From positions 1 through 32,661 of IMG/VR virus record IMGVR_UViG_3300036546_000268: a DNA stretch of 32,661 nt. The stretch is one strand, 5' to 3'. The stretch is from a virus. Its lineage: Duplodnaviria; Caudoviricetes. Below, piece by piece: positions 8,038-17,347 of the stretch; the first letter of the stretch is position 1, and every line of letters begins with the position of its first letter. The notes below the pieces were generated by a model, which was not told where the DNA came from, did no database searches, and saw only the letters and a list, made by a program, of their open reading frames with translations. A program made the translations under genes and the position numbers.

Positions 8038-8119
8038 TATATGAACAAAAAGCTATCAACTAAAGCCTGTAAGGAGCAGGATATGACCACAATACAAGGA
8101 TGTGGTTCTTAAAAATTAT

Positions 8120-8395
8120 ATGAAAAAAATATATCTTGCTTGCTATGATACTGGAGATTATGAAGATAAAGATGTTATTATTGTTTTTGCATCTAACAAC
8201 AAGCGTCTTGTAACAAAATGGGTTACAAAATTCAATAAGATTAAAAAAAGATGGGACGAATACTATAATCAATATTGTGATTTTAGATATTCGATATTAT
8301 GGGTGAAGGATGATTGTCCTGAATATATTTATAAAAGATGGTATAAAAATCGTTCTATAGGTAGAGCATACTATAAAGAAATAGAAATACGATAA
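8120..8395 (+). CDS. Hypothetical protein
   Basis: ORF in operon; ATG at 8120 preferred over GTG at 8102. Confidence 0.7.
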   Translation: MKKIYLACYDTGDYEDKDVIIVFASNNKRLVTKWVTKFNKIKKRWDEYYNQYCDFRYSILWVKDDCPEYIYKRWYKNRSIGRAYYKEIEIR

Positions 8396-8397
8396 CT

Positions 8398-8859
8398 ATG
8401 GGAAAGAAAACTAATAAAACCGAGTTCAAGGATTATTTGATTACGGTTTTGAGGACAGTGCCTGTTGGAGCTCCTGATTTATACTATGAATCAACCGCTC
8501 AAATGATATTCAATATGGCAAAAAGAGTGTTCACTGAAGAAGAAGAACAAACTGTAAGTGAGGATGATGTTAATGAAGTGTATGCGGCTTATCCGAGTAA
8601 ATGTGTTATAACGGGTAGAACATTGGGCAAGAGTTCTTCAGACAAGAGAAAGATTGAACGTTTGTTAAGAGACAAGACTAAAGAACAGCTTGTTAAAACC
8701 ATTCAGAGATACGTTGAAGATTGCAAGAGGGATAAAGTGTATATGAAGAATTTCTCAACATTTCTTAACAATCTTCCGGACTATGATATGAGTGAGAAAC
8801 CTAAATCCTTAGAAATTGGAGGATACAGAGATTTAAGAAAAATACATGAAGCGCAGTAA
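8398..8859 (+). CDS. Putative replication initiator / helicase loader-like protein
   Basis: YAAYPSK...YMKNFSTFLN C-terminal pattern; directly upstream of the primase-helicase. Confidence 0.6.
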   Translation: MGKKTNKTEFKDYLITVLRTVPVGAPDLYYESTAQMIFNMAKRVFTEEEEQTVSEDDVNEVYAAYPSKCVITGRTLGKSSSDKRKIERLLRDKTKEQLVKTIQRYVEDCKRDKVYMKNFSTFLNNLPDYDMSEKPKSLEIGGYRDLRKIHEAQ

Positions 8860-8861
8860 CA

Positions 8862-10934
8862 ATGGATGAAACGCAAGTTAGGTTGGCGATTGACCTTATC
8901 AAGAACAATGGTTTGGTCGAGGTAAGGGTTATAGGTGATAAGGTTTATAGCGGGTATTTCAAGAACATAGATAAGTTAATAGAAGCGCTAAGGCCTTATA
9001 GCCGCGAGAACATTTATTTTGTCTTTAATGATATTGCTGAAGGGTGTTATGACAGGGAGCAACAAGAGTGTTTCCGCTTGTCTAAAAACACAACTTCAGA
9101 TGTTGATATTACTGACAGAAGATGGCTGTTGATTGATATAGACCCTACGAGACCGGCCGGAGTTAGTGCAACTAATGAGGAGAAGTCAGAAGCAAGAGGA
9201 GTTGGACTGAAGGTATTCAAATTCTTACGTGACATAGGATTTTCATCGCCCATATCTGCTGATAGCGGAAACGGGTTTCACTTACTTTATCCTATCTTTT
9301 TGCGGAATACGCTTGAAAATACGCAGCTCATAAGAGAAGTGCTGCAGGTGCTCGACATGTTCTTCTCGAATGACAAAGCTCGCATAGATGTATCAGTATT
9401 CAACGCTTCACGCATTACTAAGCTGTACGGAACTTCTGCGAGAAAAGGAATAAACGCACCGGATAGGCCGCATAGGGGAAGCAGGATAACGAAAGCTCCT
9501 AAAGAGATTAAGCCGACAGACATATCGCTGCTTAAGAAGGTGTCAGCGATGCTGCCAAAGCCTGACGATAAGAGCAGGTGGAACAGGTACGGAGCAGACA
9601 GATTTGATATAGATGATTTTATTATCAAACATGGTATCCCAGTAAAAGATCGAACCAAGTATGCCGGTGGTGAAAAATACGTCTTAGAACATTGCTTGTT
9701 CGATCAAACCCATACAGGGAAAGATGCTGCGATATTTAAGCTCGATAACGGTGCTATAGGATACAAATGTTTCCATAATTCTTGTTCAAGTTATAAGTGG
9801 CAGGATGTGCGAAAAATGTTTGAACCTGGTGCATATGAATATTCATCACATAAAAACAAGTCTTATGGCGTAGCACCTGTTGTAAAAAAGGCACAGTTAG
9901 AGGATAAAGGCGAAAAGTTCTTAGAGATGTCAAATATCCATGACGTTGATAGGAGCAATATTGTTTATATTCGTTCGCACTTTGAGGAGCTTGACAAGAA
10001 GATCATCGGGTTTATGAAGGGAGAGCTTTCGATATGGACTGGAAATTCTTCAAGTGGAAAATCTACATTATTGGGACAGCTGTCACTATCATCTGTTAAT
10101 GACGGGTTCGGCGTATTGATGTATTCCGGAGAGTTGAGACCTCACAGAGTAAAGAATTGGTTACATTTGCAGGCGGCCGGTAGGCAGTTCACGCAACCAA
10201 CAGAGTACGAAAACCTGTACTATGTTCAAAAGAAACATGGAGAATTGATAGACAAATGGATGGATAAAAAGTTTTATCTTTATAACAATGATTATGGGAG
10301 TGAATACACGCAGCTTCTGGCCGATCTGCGAGAGCGGCTAAACAAAAAAGATATTGACGTTGTCGTATTGGATAACATCATGACTTTGGATTTAGACGAG
10401 CTTGGGAATGAGATGAACGGACAACAGACGTCTGCTGTAAAATCACTGTCTGCATTGGCTAAAGAATACGACGTCCATATACACGTTGTAGCTCACCCAA
10501 AGAAGGCGAAAACATTGCTTAGACCCGATGATATAAGTGGCACAGGGAATATCAGGAATCTTGCTGATAACGTGTTCATTGTCCACCGTGTTAATAATGA
10601 TTTCATAAGGCAGAGTAATGAATATTTTGGCGAAGCTGTTGCATCTAAATATCACGATTTTAACAATGTAGTCGAAGTTGCAAAAAATAGGGATTTAGGT
10701 GTGCAGGATTACTTGGTCGGATTGTTCTTTGAGATAGAGAGCAAGAGGATGCTGAATGAACCTTACGAAAACTTCGTATATGGATGGCAGGAGTTAGACC
10801 CGAGTATATCGGTAACTTCTTTCACTATGCCCGAAATAATTCCGCCAACTATTGAGTTTAAAGTTAATGAGAAAGAGTTTCTAAAAGCAGAGAAGGATTT
10901 GCCGTTTGAACAAACTGATAAATTACCATTTTGA
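8862..10934 (+). CDS. AEP primase fused to DnaB-like (SF4) helicase
   Basis: LIDID, SGNGFHL, RITKLYG; Cys/His cluster; GNSSSGKST Walker A, VVLDNI, VAHPKK, DISGTG. Confidence 0.9.
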   Translation: MDETQVRLAIDLIKNNGLVEVRVIGDKVYSGYFKNIDKLIEALRPYSRENIYFVFNDIAEGCYDREQQECFRLSKNTTSDVDITDRRWLLIDIDPTRPAGVSATNEEKSEARGVGLKVFKFLRDIGFSSPISADSGNGFHLLYPIFLRNTLENTQLIREVLQVLDMFFSNDKARIDVSVFNASRITKLYGTSARKGINAPDRPHRGSRITKAPKEIKPTDISLLKKVSAMLPKPDDKSRWNRYGADRFDIDDFIIKHGIPVKDRTKYAGGEKYVLEHCLFDQTHTGKDAAIFKLDNGAIGYKCFHNSCSSYKWQDVRKMFEPGAYEYSSHKNKSYGVAPVVKKAQLEDKGEKFLEMSNIHDVDRSNIVYIRSHFEELDKKIIGFMKGELSIWTGNSSSGKSTLLGQLSLSSVNDGFGVLMYSGELRPHRVKNWLHLQAAGRQFTQPTEYENLYYVQKKHGELIDKWMDKKFYLYNNDYGSEYTQLLADLRERLNKKDIDVVVLDNIMTLDLDELGNEMNGQQTSAVKSLSALAKEYDVHIHVVAHPKKAKTLLRPDDISGTGNIRNLADNVFIVHRVNNDFIRQSNEYFGEAVASKYHDFNNVVEVAKNRDLGVQDYLVGLFFEIESKRMLNEPYENFVYGWQELDPSISVTSFTMPEIIPPTIEFKVNEKEFLKAEKDLPFEQTDKLPF

Positions 10935-10935
10935 G

Positions 10936-11637
10936 ATGATAGAACCAACAGATATATTAGGTAACATTAAGCTATACAATGCAGATTGTATGGATATATT
11001 GCGTAAAACGCCTGACAAGTATTATTCTTTAAGCATAGTCGATCCTCCGTTTGGAATCAGACAGCCTAAACAAGGAAACCTAAAAGGATATAATGGTAGA
11101 AAATCACTTGAGGATAGATTGAAAAAAAATAGACTAAATGCTGGTGTTGGGAAGCCCCAAAATGGGACATTGAGCACATCAAATTGTGAATGGGATAATG
11201 CAATACCTACAGATGAATACTTTGATGAACTTTTCAGAGTAAGCAAAAATCAAATTATTTGGGGCGGGAACTATTTTTATTTGCCTCCTACTCGTGGGAT
11301 CATATGTTGGGATAAAGTACAGCCGTGGGACAATTTTTCACAGATAGAATATGCTTGGACATCCTTCAATGTTCCTGCTAAATTATTTAGGTTTGATAAT
11401 AGGACTGGTGATAAGATTCATCCAACACAAAAACCTGTACAACTTTACAAATGGTTGCTTTTAAACTACGCAAAAGAAGGTGATACAATACTGGATACTC
11501 ATTTTGGCAGTTTGTCAATCGGAATTGCCTGCCATGATATGAAGTTTGATTTAACTGCTATTGAGCTTGATAAGGATTACTACGAACAGGCGAAGAAGAG
11601 ATTACAATTACACCAACGACAATTGACATTATTTTGA
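10936..11637 (+). CDS. DNA N6-adenine/N4-cytosine methyltransferase (beta class)
   Basis: DPPF, HPTQKP, ILDTHFGS motifs. Confidence 0.92.
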   Translation: MIEPTDILGNIKLYNADCMDILRKTPDKYYSLSIVDPPFGIRQPKQGNLKGYNGRKSLEDRLKKNRLNAGVGKPQNGTLSTSNCEWDNAIPTDEYFDELFRVSKNQIIWGGNYFYLPPTRGIICWDKVQPWDNFSQIEYAWTSFNVPAKLFRFDNRTGDKIHPTQKPVQLYKWLLLNYAKEGDTILDTHFGSLSIGIACHDMKFDLTAIELDKDYYEQAKKRLQLHQRQLTLF

Positions 11638-11638
11638 G

Positions 11639-11908
11639 ATGACAGAATTTGAATTTTTATGTAAGAAAGCAGGTTTTTCAGACCTGAGAGTAAAAGACAG
11701 GCATAAAGAGATATCTTTGCAGCGACAAGGTGTGTTCTTTAGAATGCGCCTGAATGGGAACAAAATCGTCGATATTGCAAAACAAGCTGAAAGAGACCCT
11801 GCTACAATAATGTATGGGATAAGAACTTTTAGCAAATTTTTGGGAACGGGTGATGAATATGCCGAAGCTTTGTGGTATAGAATTAATAACGGTGTGGATC
11901 TTGGCTAA
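11639..11908 (+). CDS. DnaA domain IV-like HTH protein
   Basis: IVDIAKQAERDPATIMYG resembles the DnaA signature RDHTTV. Confidence 0.6.
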   Translation: MTEFEFLCKKAGFSDLRVKDRHKEISLQRQGVFFRMRLNGNKIVDIAKQAERDPATIMYGIRTFSKFLGTGDEYAEALWYRINNGVDLG

Positions 11909-11919
11909 ATAAATAAGAC

Positions 11920-12108
11920 ATGAATGAATATTTTTTACCAAACGATGTTGCTCGGTGTGAAAACGAGAGCTGTGATAAGAATGTCAAGTGTTCGAGATTT
12001 CTGGATGTTCTCCCGATGGAGAATTATACGTTTATTAAATTCAAAGCCGAAAATTGCGATTTTTTTATTGAAAAACAGAATATTAAACCTAAAAAAGAAA
12101 AGAAATGA
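11920..12108 (+). CDS. Small Cys-rich protein
   Basis: DVARC..C....C.R...C pattern; overlaps next start. Confidence 0.7.
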   Translation: MNEYFLPNDVARCENESCDKNVKCSRFLDVLPMENYTFIKFKAENCDFFIEKQNIKPKKEKK

Positions 12109-13244
12109 CAGATTTTAAAATTGGGAATAAAGTAAAGCTAAAAGACGGATTCAACCCGGAGGAACATAGGGAAGATAATAATCCGTTTGTTCAAGAGATG
12201 GATAAATACATTGGGACTACATTCTTTGTTGAGAAAATTGATGAGGACTACATAATCAGCGACGTTTGGCATTTTTATAAAGATTGGATTGAGATTGTTC
12301 CTAATCAAGATTCAAAAGAAGATGACGGTCAAGAAGAAAGTGTTTGCCTTGATGCGCGTCAGGACGAAAAGGCAAATCCAATATCCGGACTCCTTTCTTT
12401 CAATGGAGAGCTCAAAGCCGACGAAGTGATGAATCAAAGCACGATTCAAAAAGGAGACGCCTTGCGCTATGACAAAGGGAAGACTCAATTAGACCTTATA
12501 CCGCCGTTCGTTATAGAGCAACTTGGTAAGGTTCTTACTTTTGGGGCAGAGAAGTATGATAAAGATAATTATCGCAAAGGCATGAAGTGGAGCAAGGTCA
12601 TAGGTTCTTTAATGCGGCATATCAATGCGTTTAGGGCTGGTGAAGATTTTGACAAAGAAACGGGCATCTATCATATCGCGCATGCTATGTGCAACCTTAC
12701 GTTCCTGCTTGAATATTATCGTATTTACCCGCAAGGTGATGACAGGGTTCAAAAATATCTTGAAATGCCAACCGTTGGACTGGATATAGACGATGTGCTT
12801 GCAGATACTGTCAATTATTGGTGTAAATATCATCAATGCGATATCCCTGCATGGTGGCATGATTCAAACTTTAAGAAAGAGAGGTTTGATGCTCTCAATA
12901 ACAATAAAGATTTTTGGCTGAATATACCACCTAAAATAAAGCCGGAAGACCTTAACTTTGAACCTGTATGTTATGTGACGTCACGCTCTATACCGCAAGA
13001 GTGGACAAGAGAATGGCTTATAAAGAACGGATTTCCGGATGTAACGCTTATTTCTGTAGGTTACGGAAAAAGTAAGGTAGATGCTCTAAGGGGCATGTGC
13101 GACATATTCATTGATGACAGATTTGACAACTTTGTAGAGTTAAACCGGAATGGCATTTGCTGTTACCTCATGGATGCTCCTCACAATAAGAGATACGACG
13201 TTGGATATAAAAGGATTACGAACATTAAAGAATTTTTGAGATGA
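12105..13244 (+). CDS. Fusion: SH3-like domain + dATP/dGTP diphosphohydrolase (DUF5664) + HAD 5'(3')-nucleotidase
   Basis: RYDKGK, GAEKY..DNYRKG, SLMRH, ETGIYHIAHA; LDIDDVL, VTSR, FIDD. Confidence 0.85.
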   Translation: MTDFKIGNKVKLKDGFNPEEHREDNNPFVQEMDKYIGTTFFVEKIDEDYIISDVWHFYKDWIEIVPNQDSKEDDGQEESVCLDARQDEKANPISGLLSFNGELKADEVMNQSTIQKGDALRYDKGKTQLDLIPPFVIEQLGKVLTFGAEKYDKDNYRKGMKWSKVIGSLMRHINAFRAGEDFDKETGIYHIAHAMCNLTFLLEYYRIYPQGDDRVQKYLEMPTVGLDIDDVLADTVNYWCKYHQCDIPAWWHDSNFKKERFDALNNNKDFWLNIPPKIKPEDLNFEPVCYVTSRSIPQEWTREWLIKNGFPDVTLISVGYGKSKVDALRGMCDIFIDDRFDNFVELNRNGICCYLMDAPHNKRYDVGYKRITNIKEFLR

Positions 13245-13546
13245 GCGGCGGACATTGGGATTATTTACAATTTAGGCTTTCGCAGGTAATCGAAGAGCTT
13301 ACCGATATCATTGACTGGAATGGTCAGAAGAGGGCGTGGAAAACAAATGATTATGATTTCGATTATCACGAGGATTACCCAGAAGAAGTGATACAAAAAT
13401 TCAAAGAGGCAAGGCTCTCAATCGCTGAAGCACAGGAGCATATGCAGCGATTAGATTGGCTGTTCTCTTGCGATGATGACGAAAAAAGCTATTTGATAAG
13501 ATTAGATGAAAATTTAAAGGAACTAAGAAAAAAATATAAATTATGA
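13241..13546 (+). CDS. Hypothetical protein
   Basis: MSGGHWDY...RLDWLFSCDD; ATGA coupling to upstream gene. Confidence 0.8.
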   Translation: MSGGHWDYLQFRLSQVIEELTDIIDWNGQKRAWKTNDYDFDYHEDYPEEVIQKFKEARLSIAEAQEHMQRLDWLFSCDDDEKSYLIRLDENLKELRKKYKL

Positions 13547-13653
13547 TATACAGGGATAAATGGAGTAAATGGTTCAATCCGCCTCAAGATGATGTGAATG
13601 CGGATGCAGATGATGATAACGATAAAGATGTAGATAATGCGGTGGAAGTATAA
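13543..13653 (+). CDS. Small acidic peptide (36 aa, not in ORF track)
   Basis: MIYRDKWSKWFNPPQDDVNADADDDNDKDVDNAVEV; ATGA overlap. Confidence 0.5.
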   Translation: MIYRDKWSKWFNPPQDDVNADADDDNDKDVDNAVEV

Positions 13654-13834
13654 TAACGGACGAATGATATTGGAGACCCCTCTTCGGACTTATGTTATAT
13701 ATCCACAAAATGTTGAAGGAGAAATACACTATATCCTCAATTGTTCTGACATGTGGTGTGACATGTTTTATGAAAGGGCGGACGCTAAACATGCGGCAGA
13801 AGAGGATTATAGGAAAATAAATTCAAAAATATAA
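13637..13834 (+). CDS. Hypothetical protein
   Basis: ORF in operon. Confidence 0.65.
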   Translation: MRWKYNNGRMILETPLRTYVIYPQNVEGEIHYILNCSDMWCDMFYERADAKHAAEEDYRKINSKI

Positions 13835-13839
13835 CTTTC

Positions 13840-14283
13840 ATGAGAGAAAAAATAGCGATTGACCCGGATGTTGATAAGTCCGGCGTGGCATTATGGAAAG
13901 ACAATAAGATAACAGTCATGAACATGGCATTCCCAGACCTTCTTGATTACTTACAACAACACAAGGATGCTACGGTTATCGTCGAGGGAGGATGGCTTAA
14001 CAAGAAGTCTAACTATCACGGAGGGTATGGCGGTGTAGGACAAAAGATTGCGAATGGTGTCGGCAGAAATGCGGAGGTGGGGCACAAAATCGTTGAAATG
14101 TGCGAACACTATGGGATAGAGGTTGTTATTAAACCACCACTAAAAAAAGGATGGGCAGGCGGTAAGATATCACATGAAGAGATATCACGTTTTATCCCTG
14201 ACTTTCCAAAAAGAAGTAATCAAGAGACAAGAGATGCAGCATTATTACTGTGGGATGAACTTGGAAAACCGATAAGATCATGA
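13840..14283 (+). CDS. RuvC-like Holliday junction resolvase
   Basis: IAIDPD..SGVA, VIVE, RDAALL. Confidence 0.75.
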   Translation: MREKIAIDPDVDKSGVALWKDNKITVMNMAFPDLLDYLQQHKDATVIVEGGWLNKKSNYHGGYGGVGQKIANGVGRNAEVGHKIVEMCEHYGIEVVIKPPLKKGWAGGKISHEEISRFIPDFPKRSNQETRDAALLLWDELGKPIRS

Positions 14284-14762
14284 TGATAGAAGAGAAAATT
14301 TTAAACGCTGTTAGTGAAGTCACTGGTGTACCTCAACAAAAAATCAAAAGTGATGACTCTACCCTTGATGTTGTTCGGGCAAGGCTGATGTATTATTATC
14401 TTTGTGATGAGAACCGGATATTATCCGAGATATATAGTGTTTATGTTGGAAGAAGCTCGAGCACGGCCAGAAACGGAGTAAAATCATTTAAGGATTTTAT
14501 GCAAAGAAATGAAAAGTACAAAAAGCTGGCAGATGACGCACTGAAGATAATACGCGGATACGGCGAAACGGATAAGTATGCCGGCATGATAAAACCGGGT
14601 GAGGATAGTCTTTACATAGAAGGAAAGAAATATTCTATTCTTGACGTGTCATCTCGTTATTTCGGAAATGGCTTTCTTGGCATGATTGATGGCGAACTTG
14701 CCTGTTATTCTGACTCAAAAGATTGTGTAGCAAGAGAACTAATAGAGAAGTCCAACAATTAA
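14280..14762 (+). CDS. DnaA domain IV-like protein with C-terminal extension
   Basis: ILNAVSEVTGV...VVRARLMYYYL...GRSSSTA. Confidence 0.6.
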   Translation: MMIEEKILNAVSEVTGVPQQKIKSDDSTLDVVRARLMYYYLCDENRILSEIYSVYVGRSSSTARNGVKSFKDFMQRNEKYKKLADDALKIIRGYGETDKYAGMIKPGEDSLYIEGKKYSILDVSSRYFGNGFLGMIDGELACYSDSKDCVARELIEKSNN

Positions 14763-14776
14763 TTAAATTAAATATT

Positions 14777-15049
14777 ATGGATTATAAGAAAATTTCAATT
14801 CAGGATGTGAATGATGTACTTGGTTTCGACATTACAGAAAGGAATAAGGATATTAAGTATATCAGGGCAAGGCAGGGTGCTTGGCTATGCTTTTATATCA
14901 ACGGATATAGCTACAGCGATATTGGGCATATGTTTGGGTATAGAACCTCAACGGTTAACGAGGGTGTTGATACTTTTGAGGATAAGCTAAAAGAGGGTGA
15001 TAAGTTGACATTAGAGTTGTGGCAAAAGTTGAAAGTGTATGAGCTATGA
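14777..15049 (+). CDS. DnaA domain IV-like HTH protein
   Basis: YIRARQ...YSYSDIGHMFGYRTSTV. Confidence 0.65.
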   Translation: MDYKKISIQDVNDVLGFDITERNKDIKYIRARQGAWLCFYINGYSYSDIGHMFGYRTSTVNEGVDTFEDKLKEGDKLTLELWQKLKVYEL

Positions 15050-15335
15050 CGGTGATGCGTATAGGCTGGCAAAGGAATATGCTGCTGAAGAATTTGACCC
15101 GTGGAGTGAAATGTACTGGGTTGTTGTTGGCGCATACATCAAAGGCTATGATACTGGGGTAAAAGGGCTGGAGAAGATTACAAATGGAGTAAAAATAACA
15201 AGGATAACATTTTTCTTTTCAGCTGTTCCACGAAGTTTTGAGCTGAAGCATCCAGTTATGGTTGCTGACAGATTCACATTTTTACATCAATTAAGACATA
15301 TAACAGGAATAAAGGAGGTATCAGTCTATGAGTAA
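15039..15335 (+). CDS. Hypothetical protein
   Basis: Overlapping ORF in operon. Confidence 0.7.
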   Translation: MSYDGDAYRLAKEYAAEEFDPWSEMYWVVVGAYIKGYDTGVKGLEKITNGVKITRITFFFSAVPRSFELKHPVMVADRFTFLHQLRHITGIKEVSVYE

Positions 15336-15609
15336 GTATGATAGATTAAAAGAATTAGAGTCTCAGAAGCTGAGGTATGAAAAGTTTTTTAGAGACAGTA
15401 AGGGTTATGACTACGTATGTTTATCAACACACCCGCATAAGCAAAAGTCGTTCTTTGAGCAAACGGATACGACGAAAAGGGTGTCAGGTATCCCGCAGAT
15501 AATCGATCTTCCAGATACGCTTAATTTAATAAAAGTGATTTTTGATTTGGTGGACGAGGATTACAGGCGTATATGCAAAGAATTTGCAGAATTGCAAAAA
15601 GATTTGTAG
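15328..15609 (+). CDS. Hypothetical protein
   Basis: Overlapping ORF in operon. Confidence 0.7.
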   Translation: MSKYDRLKELESQKLRYEKFFRDSKGYDYVCLSTHPHKQKSFFEQTDTTKRVSGIPQIIDLPDTLNLIKVIFDLVDEDYRRICKEFAELQKDL

Positions 15610-15657
15610 ATTACAAAAATTTGTTGTATATTGCGGAAATTTTAAATTTCTAAAAAG

Positions 15658-15876
15658 ATGATGAGGAAAAGTGACAATACAGGAATGGGTCTAATAGATA
15701 CTTTGTTGGTACTATTTATCGTTCTTAAATTAACCGGGAATGTAACTTGGTCGTGGCTATGGGTACTTTCGCCAGTCTTGATATGGGGTGTAGCATACAT
15801 TCTCGTTATATGCATTGCAGCAATAATTACAGCAATAGAAAACAAAAAAAGATATGGCAAAGAAAACAAATTCTAA
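15658..15876 (+). CDS. Small two-helix membrane protein (transmembrane Fragile-X-F-like)
   Basis: LFIVLKLTGNVTWSWLWVLSP. Confidence 0.75.
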   Translation: MMRKSDNTGMGLIDTLLVLFIVLKLTGNVTWSWLWVLSPVLIWGVAYILVICIAAIITAIENKKRYGKENKF

Positions 15877-16312
15877 ACTGACAAAAATCAAGCGTCGTTT
15901 TGGCGCATTTGAGGTACGTATAAGCGACGTTAAGGTCGAGGTAGAGGATTATACCCGCAAGCAGAGAAAGTACGTGTACGGCAACCAAACAATCGAATAC
16001 AATGCTTTCCTTATTCTGCTTGGTGAAATGAAAGCGACGGAAGAAGGTTATGTTCCTAAGTCTTCATCTGAAAAAAAGGAGAATGACCGTATTGCTGAAT
16101 TTCTGGTTTATATGCTTAACGCAACGCAGCTGTTGTTTAATGATGAATCCGTCAGGGGAGCATTTATCGAAGCGGTGAATAATGCAATACAGAAACAAAC
16201 GCCCCCGGCTGATGACGAAGAGACAGAGGAAGAGATTCTATCCAACTTAAAGGCAGAACAAGAGGCGAAGGAAATACTGGCAAAAGATGAGGCGGTACAA
16301 AGCGAGGATTGA
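15854..16312 (+). CDS. Hypothetical protein
   Basis: 152-aa ORF with acidic tail. Confidence 0.75.
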   Translation: MAKKTNSKLTKIKRRFGAFEVRISDVKVEVEDYTRKQRKYVYGNQTIEYNAFLILLGEMKATEEGYVPKSSSEKKENDRIAEFLVYMLNATQLLFNDESVRGAFIEAVNNAIQKQTPPADDEETEEEILSNLKAEQEAKEILAKDEAVQSED

Positions 16313-16434
16313 GGTGATTAAACTCCCGATGGAAGCCGGCAATTCCGTACCAATTATATTTGTCGGGAGTGGCTTTGGTTGCTTTAAAGTACAATTGCTA
16401 TGGCTGACTTTAACAATAACAAAAAATAAGGATT

Positions 16435-16680
16435 ATGGACGAAGAAATGGCGGAAGAGGTTACCGAAGCTGCATTTGAGGCAATTGTTCAGGCTCTTTAT
16501 ATATTACAGCAATATGGTGTAAAAGGATACATGTCCACGTGCCCTGTAGCTTTAATGAATTTGGAAGGCGTCGATGTCCAGGTGCAGATAACAATTACTC
16601 CGAACAAGTCTGATTGGATTGGAGAGGATAATGTATTCATTGATAGTGTCTTTCATTATGGAGACTTAACGGTAAATTGA
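16435..16680 (+). CDS. Hypothetical protein
   Basis: AT-rich leader, ATG start. Confidence 0.7.
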   Translation: MDEEMAEEVTEAAFEAIVQALYILQQYGVKGYMSTCPVALMNLEGVDVQVQITITPNKSDWIGEDNVFIDSVFHYGDLTVN

Positions 16681-16695
16681 TTTAGGATGATATAA

Positions 16696-16938
16696 ATGAT
16701 GACAAGTTTTTTATACAGTCTTAGAGACAATACGTCATCCGGCATTAGGCTAAAAATAGAGCCTGTATTTGACGGAATAAGTACGGCTGTTACACAATAT
16801 AAAGTAACTGATGATAGCGGCATGATGTGGATTATAGGGACAAGAGAAGAGTGTGAAGAGTATTTAATGTGTTCACGTATATTTACTAAAAAGAGGCATG
16901 ATATACAAGGGATTGACGAAAACAGGGGAATGGGTTAA
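16696..16938 (+). CDS. Hypothetical protein
   Basis: ORF in operon. Confidence 0.65.
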   Translation: MMTSFLYSLRDNTSSGIRLKIEPVFDGISTAVTQYKVTDDSGMMWIIGTREECEEYLMCSRIFTKKRHDIQGIDENRGMG

Positions 16939-17347
16939 GGGTTTTCTTGTAGGTTACTTTGAGGATGTTGAAAGAACAAAGATAAGAAGTCATCAAATCT
17001 TTGAGGGCATTGAAGGCGTTCAGCCCATCCCTGTCGTCCCTGAAACTATATGTGAGTACGTGTGTAGGTCTAAAGACGGAAAAGAAGCCTTCGTTAATGA
17101 CCTTATACAGCTTTGGGAAGGTGATAGGCATATATTATGCTTATTGATAAAAACGGATATGGGTTATGATATTTTCCCACGCTACCAAGACGGATCTCTA
17201 TGGAAGTTAAGTATTGTTAATGGTGTTGGAAATTTCACTGTGTGGGGGAACAAATTTGATAACCCTGAAACTGTCAAATGGCTCGAGAAGAAGCATGAAT
17301 CATTTTTAGCAAAGACAAAAGAAAAATGGCAAAAGTTTTCTGGTTAA
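16898..17347 (+). CDS. YopX-family protein
   Basis: YKG..TGEWVKG, V.PETICEY, DGKEAFVNDL, VWGNKFDNPE. Confidence 0.8.
   Translation: MIYKGLTKTGEWVKGFLVGYFEDVERTKIRSHQIFEGIEGVQPIPVVPETICEYVCRSKDGKEAFVNDLIQLWEGDRHILCLLIKTDMGYDIFPRYQDGSLWKLSIVNGVGNFTVWGNKFDNPETVKWLEKKHESFLAKTKEKWQKFSG

Larger units (their letters stand above)
6860..8054 (-). mobile_element. Solo-tnpB IS200/IS605-type (IS1341-like) insertion; left boundary tentative
   Basis: Antisense to the operon; right-end hairpin followed by GTAGTTTAT; TTGAT just outside the candidate left end; no tnpA. Confidence 0.65.

Noticed and set aside
6883-8112. 409-aa ORF antisense to tnpB
   Set aside because: Shadow frame with no recognisable motifs; tnpB carries all family motifs and its own promoter
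16287-16478. 63-aa ORF
   Set aside because: Overlaps both neighbours and has no motif; could be real but is unsupported
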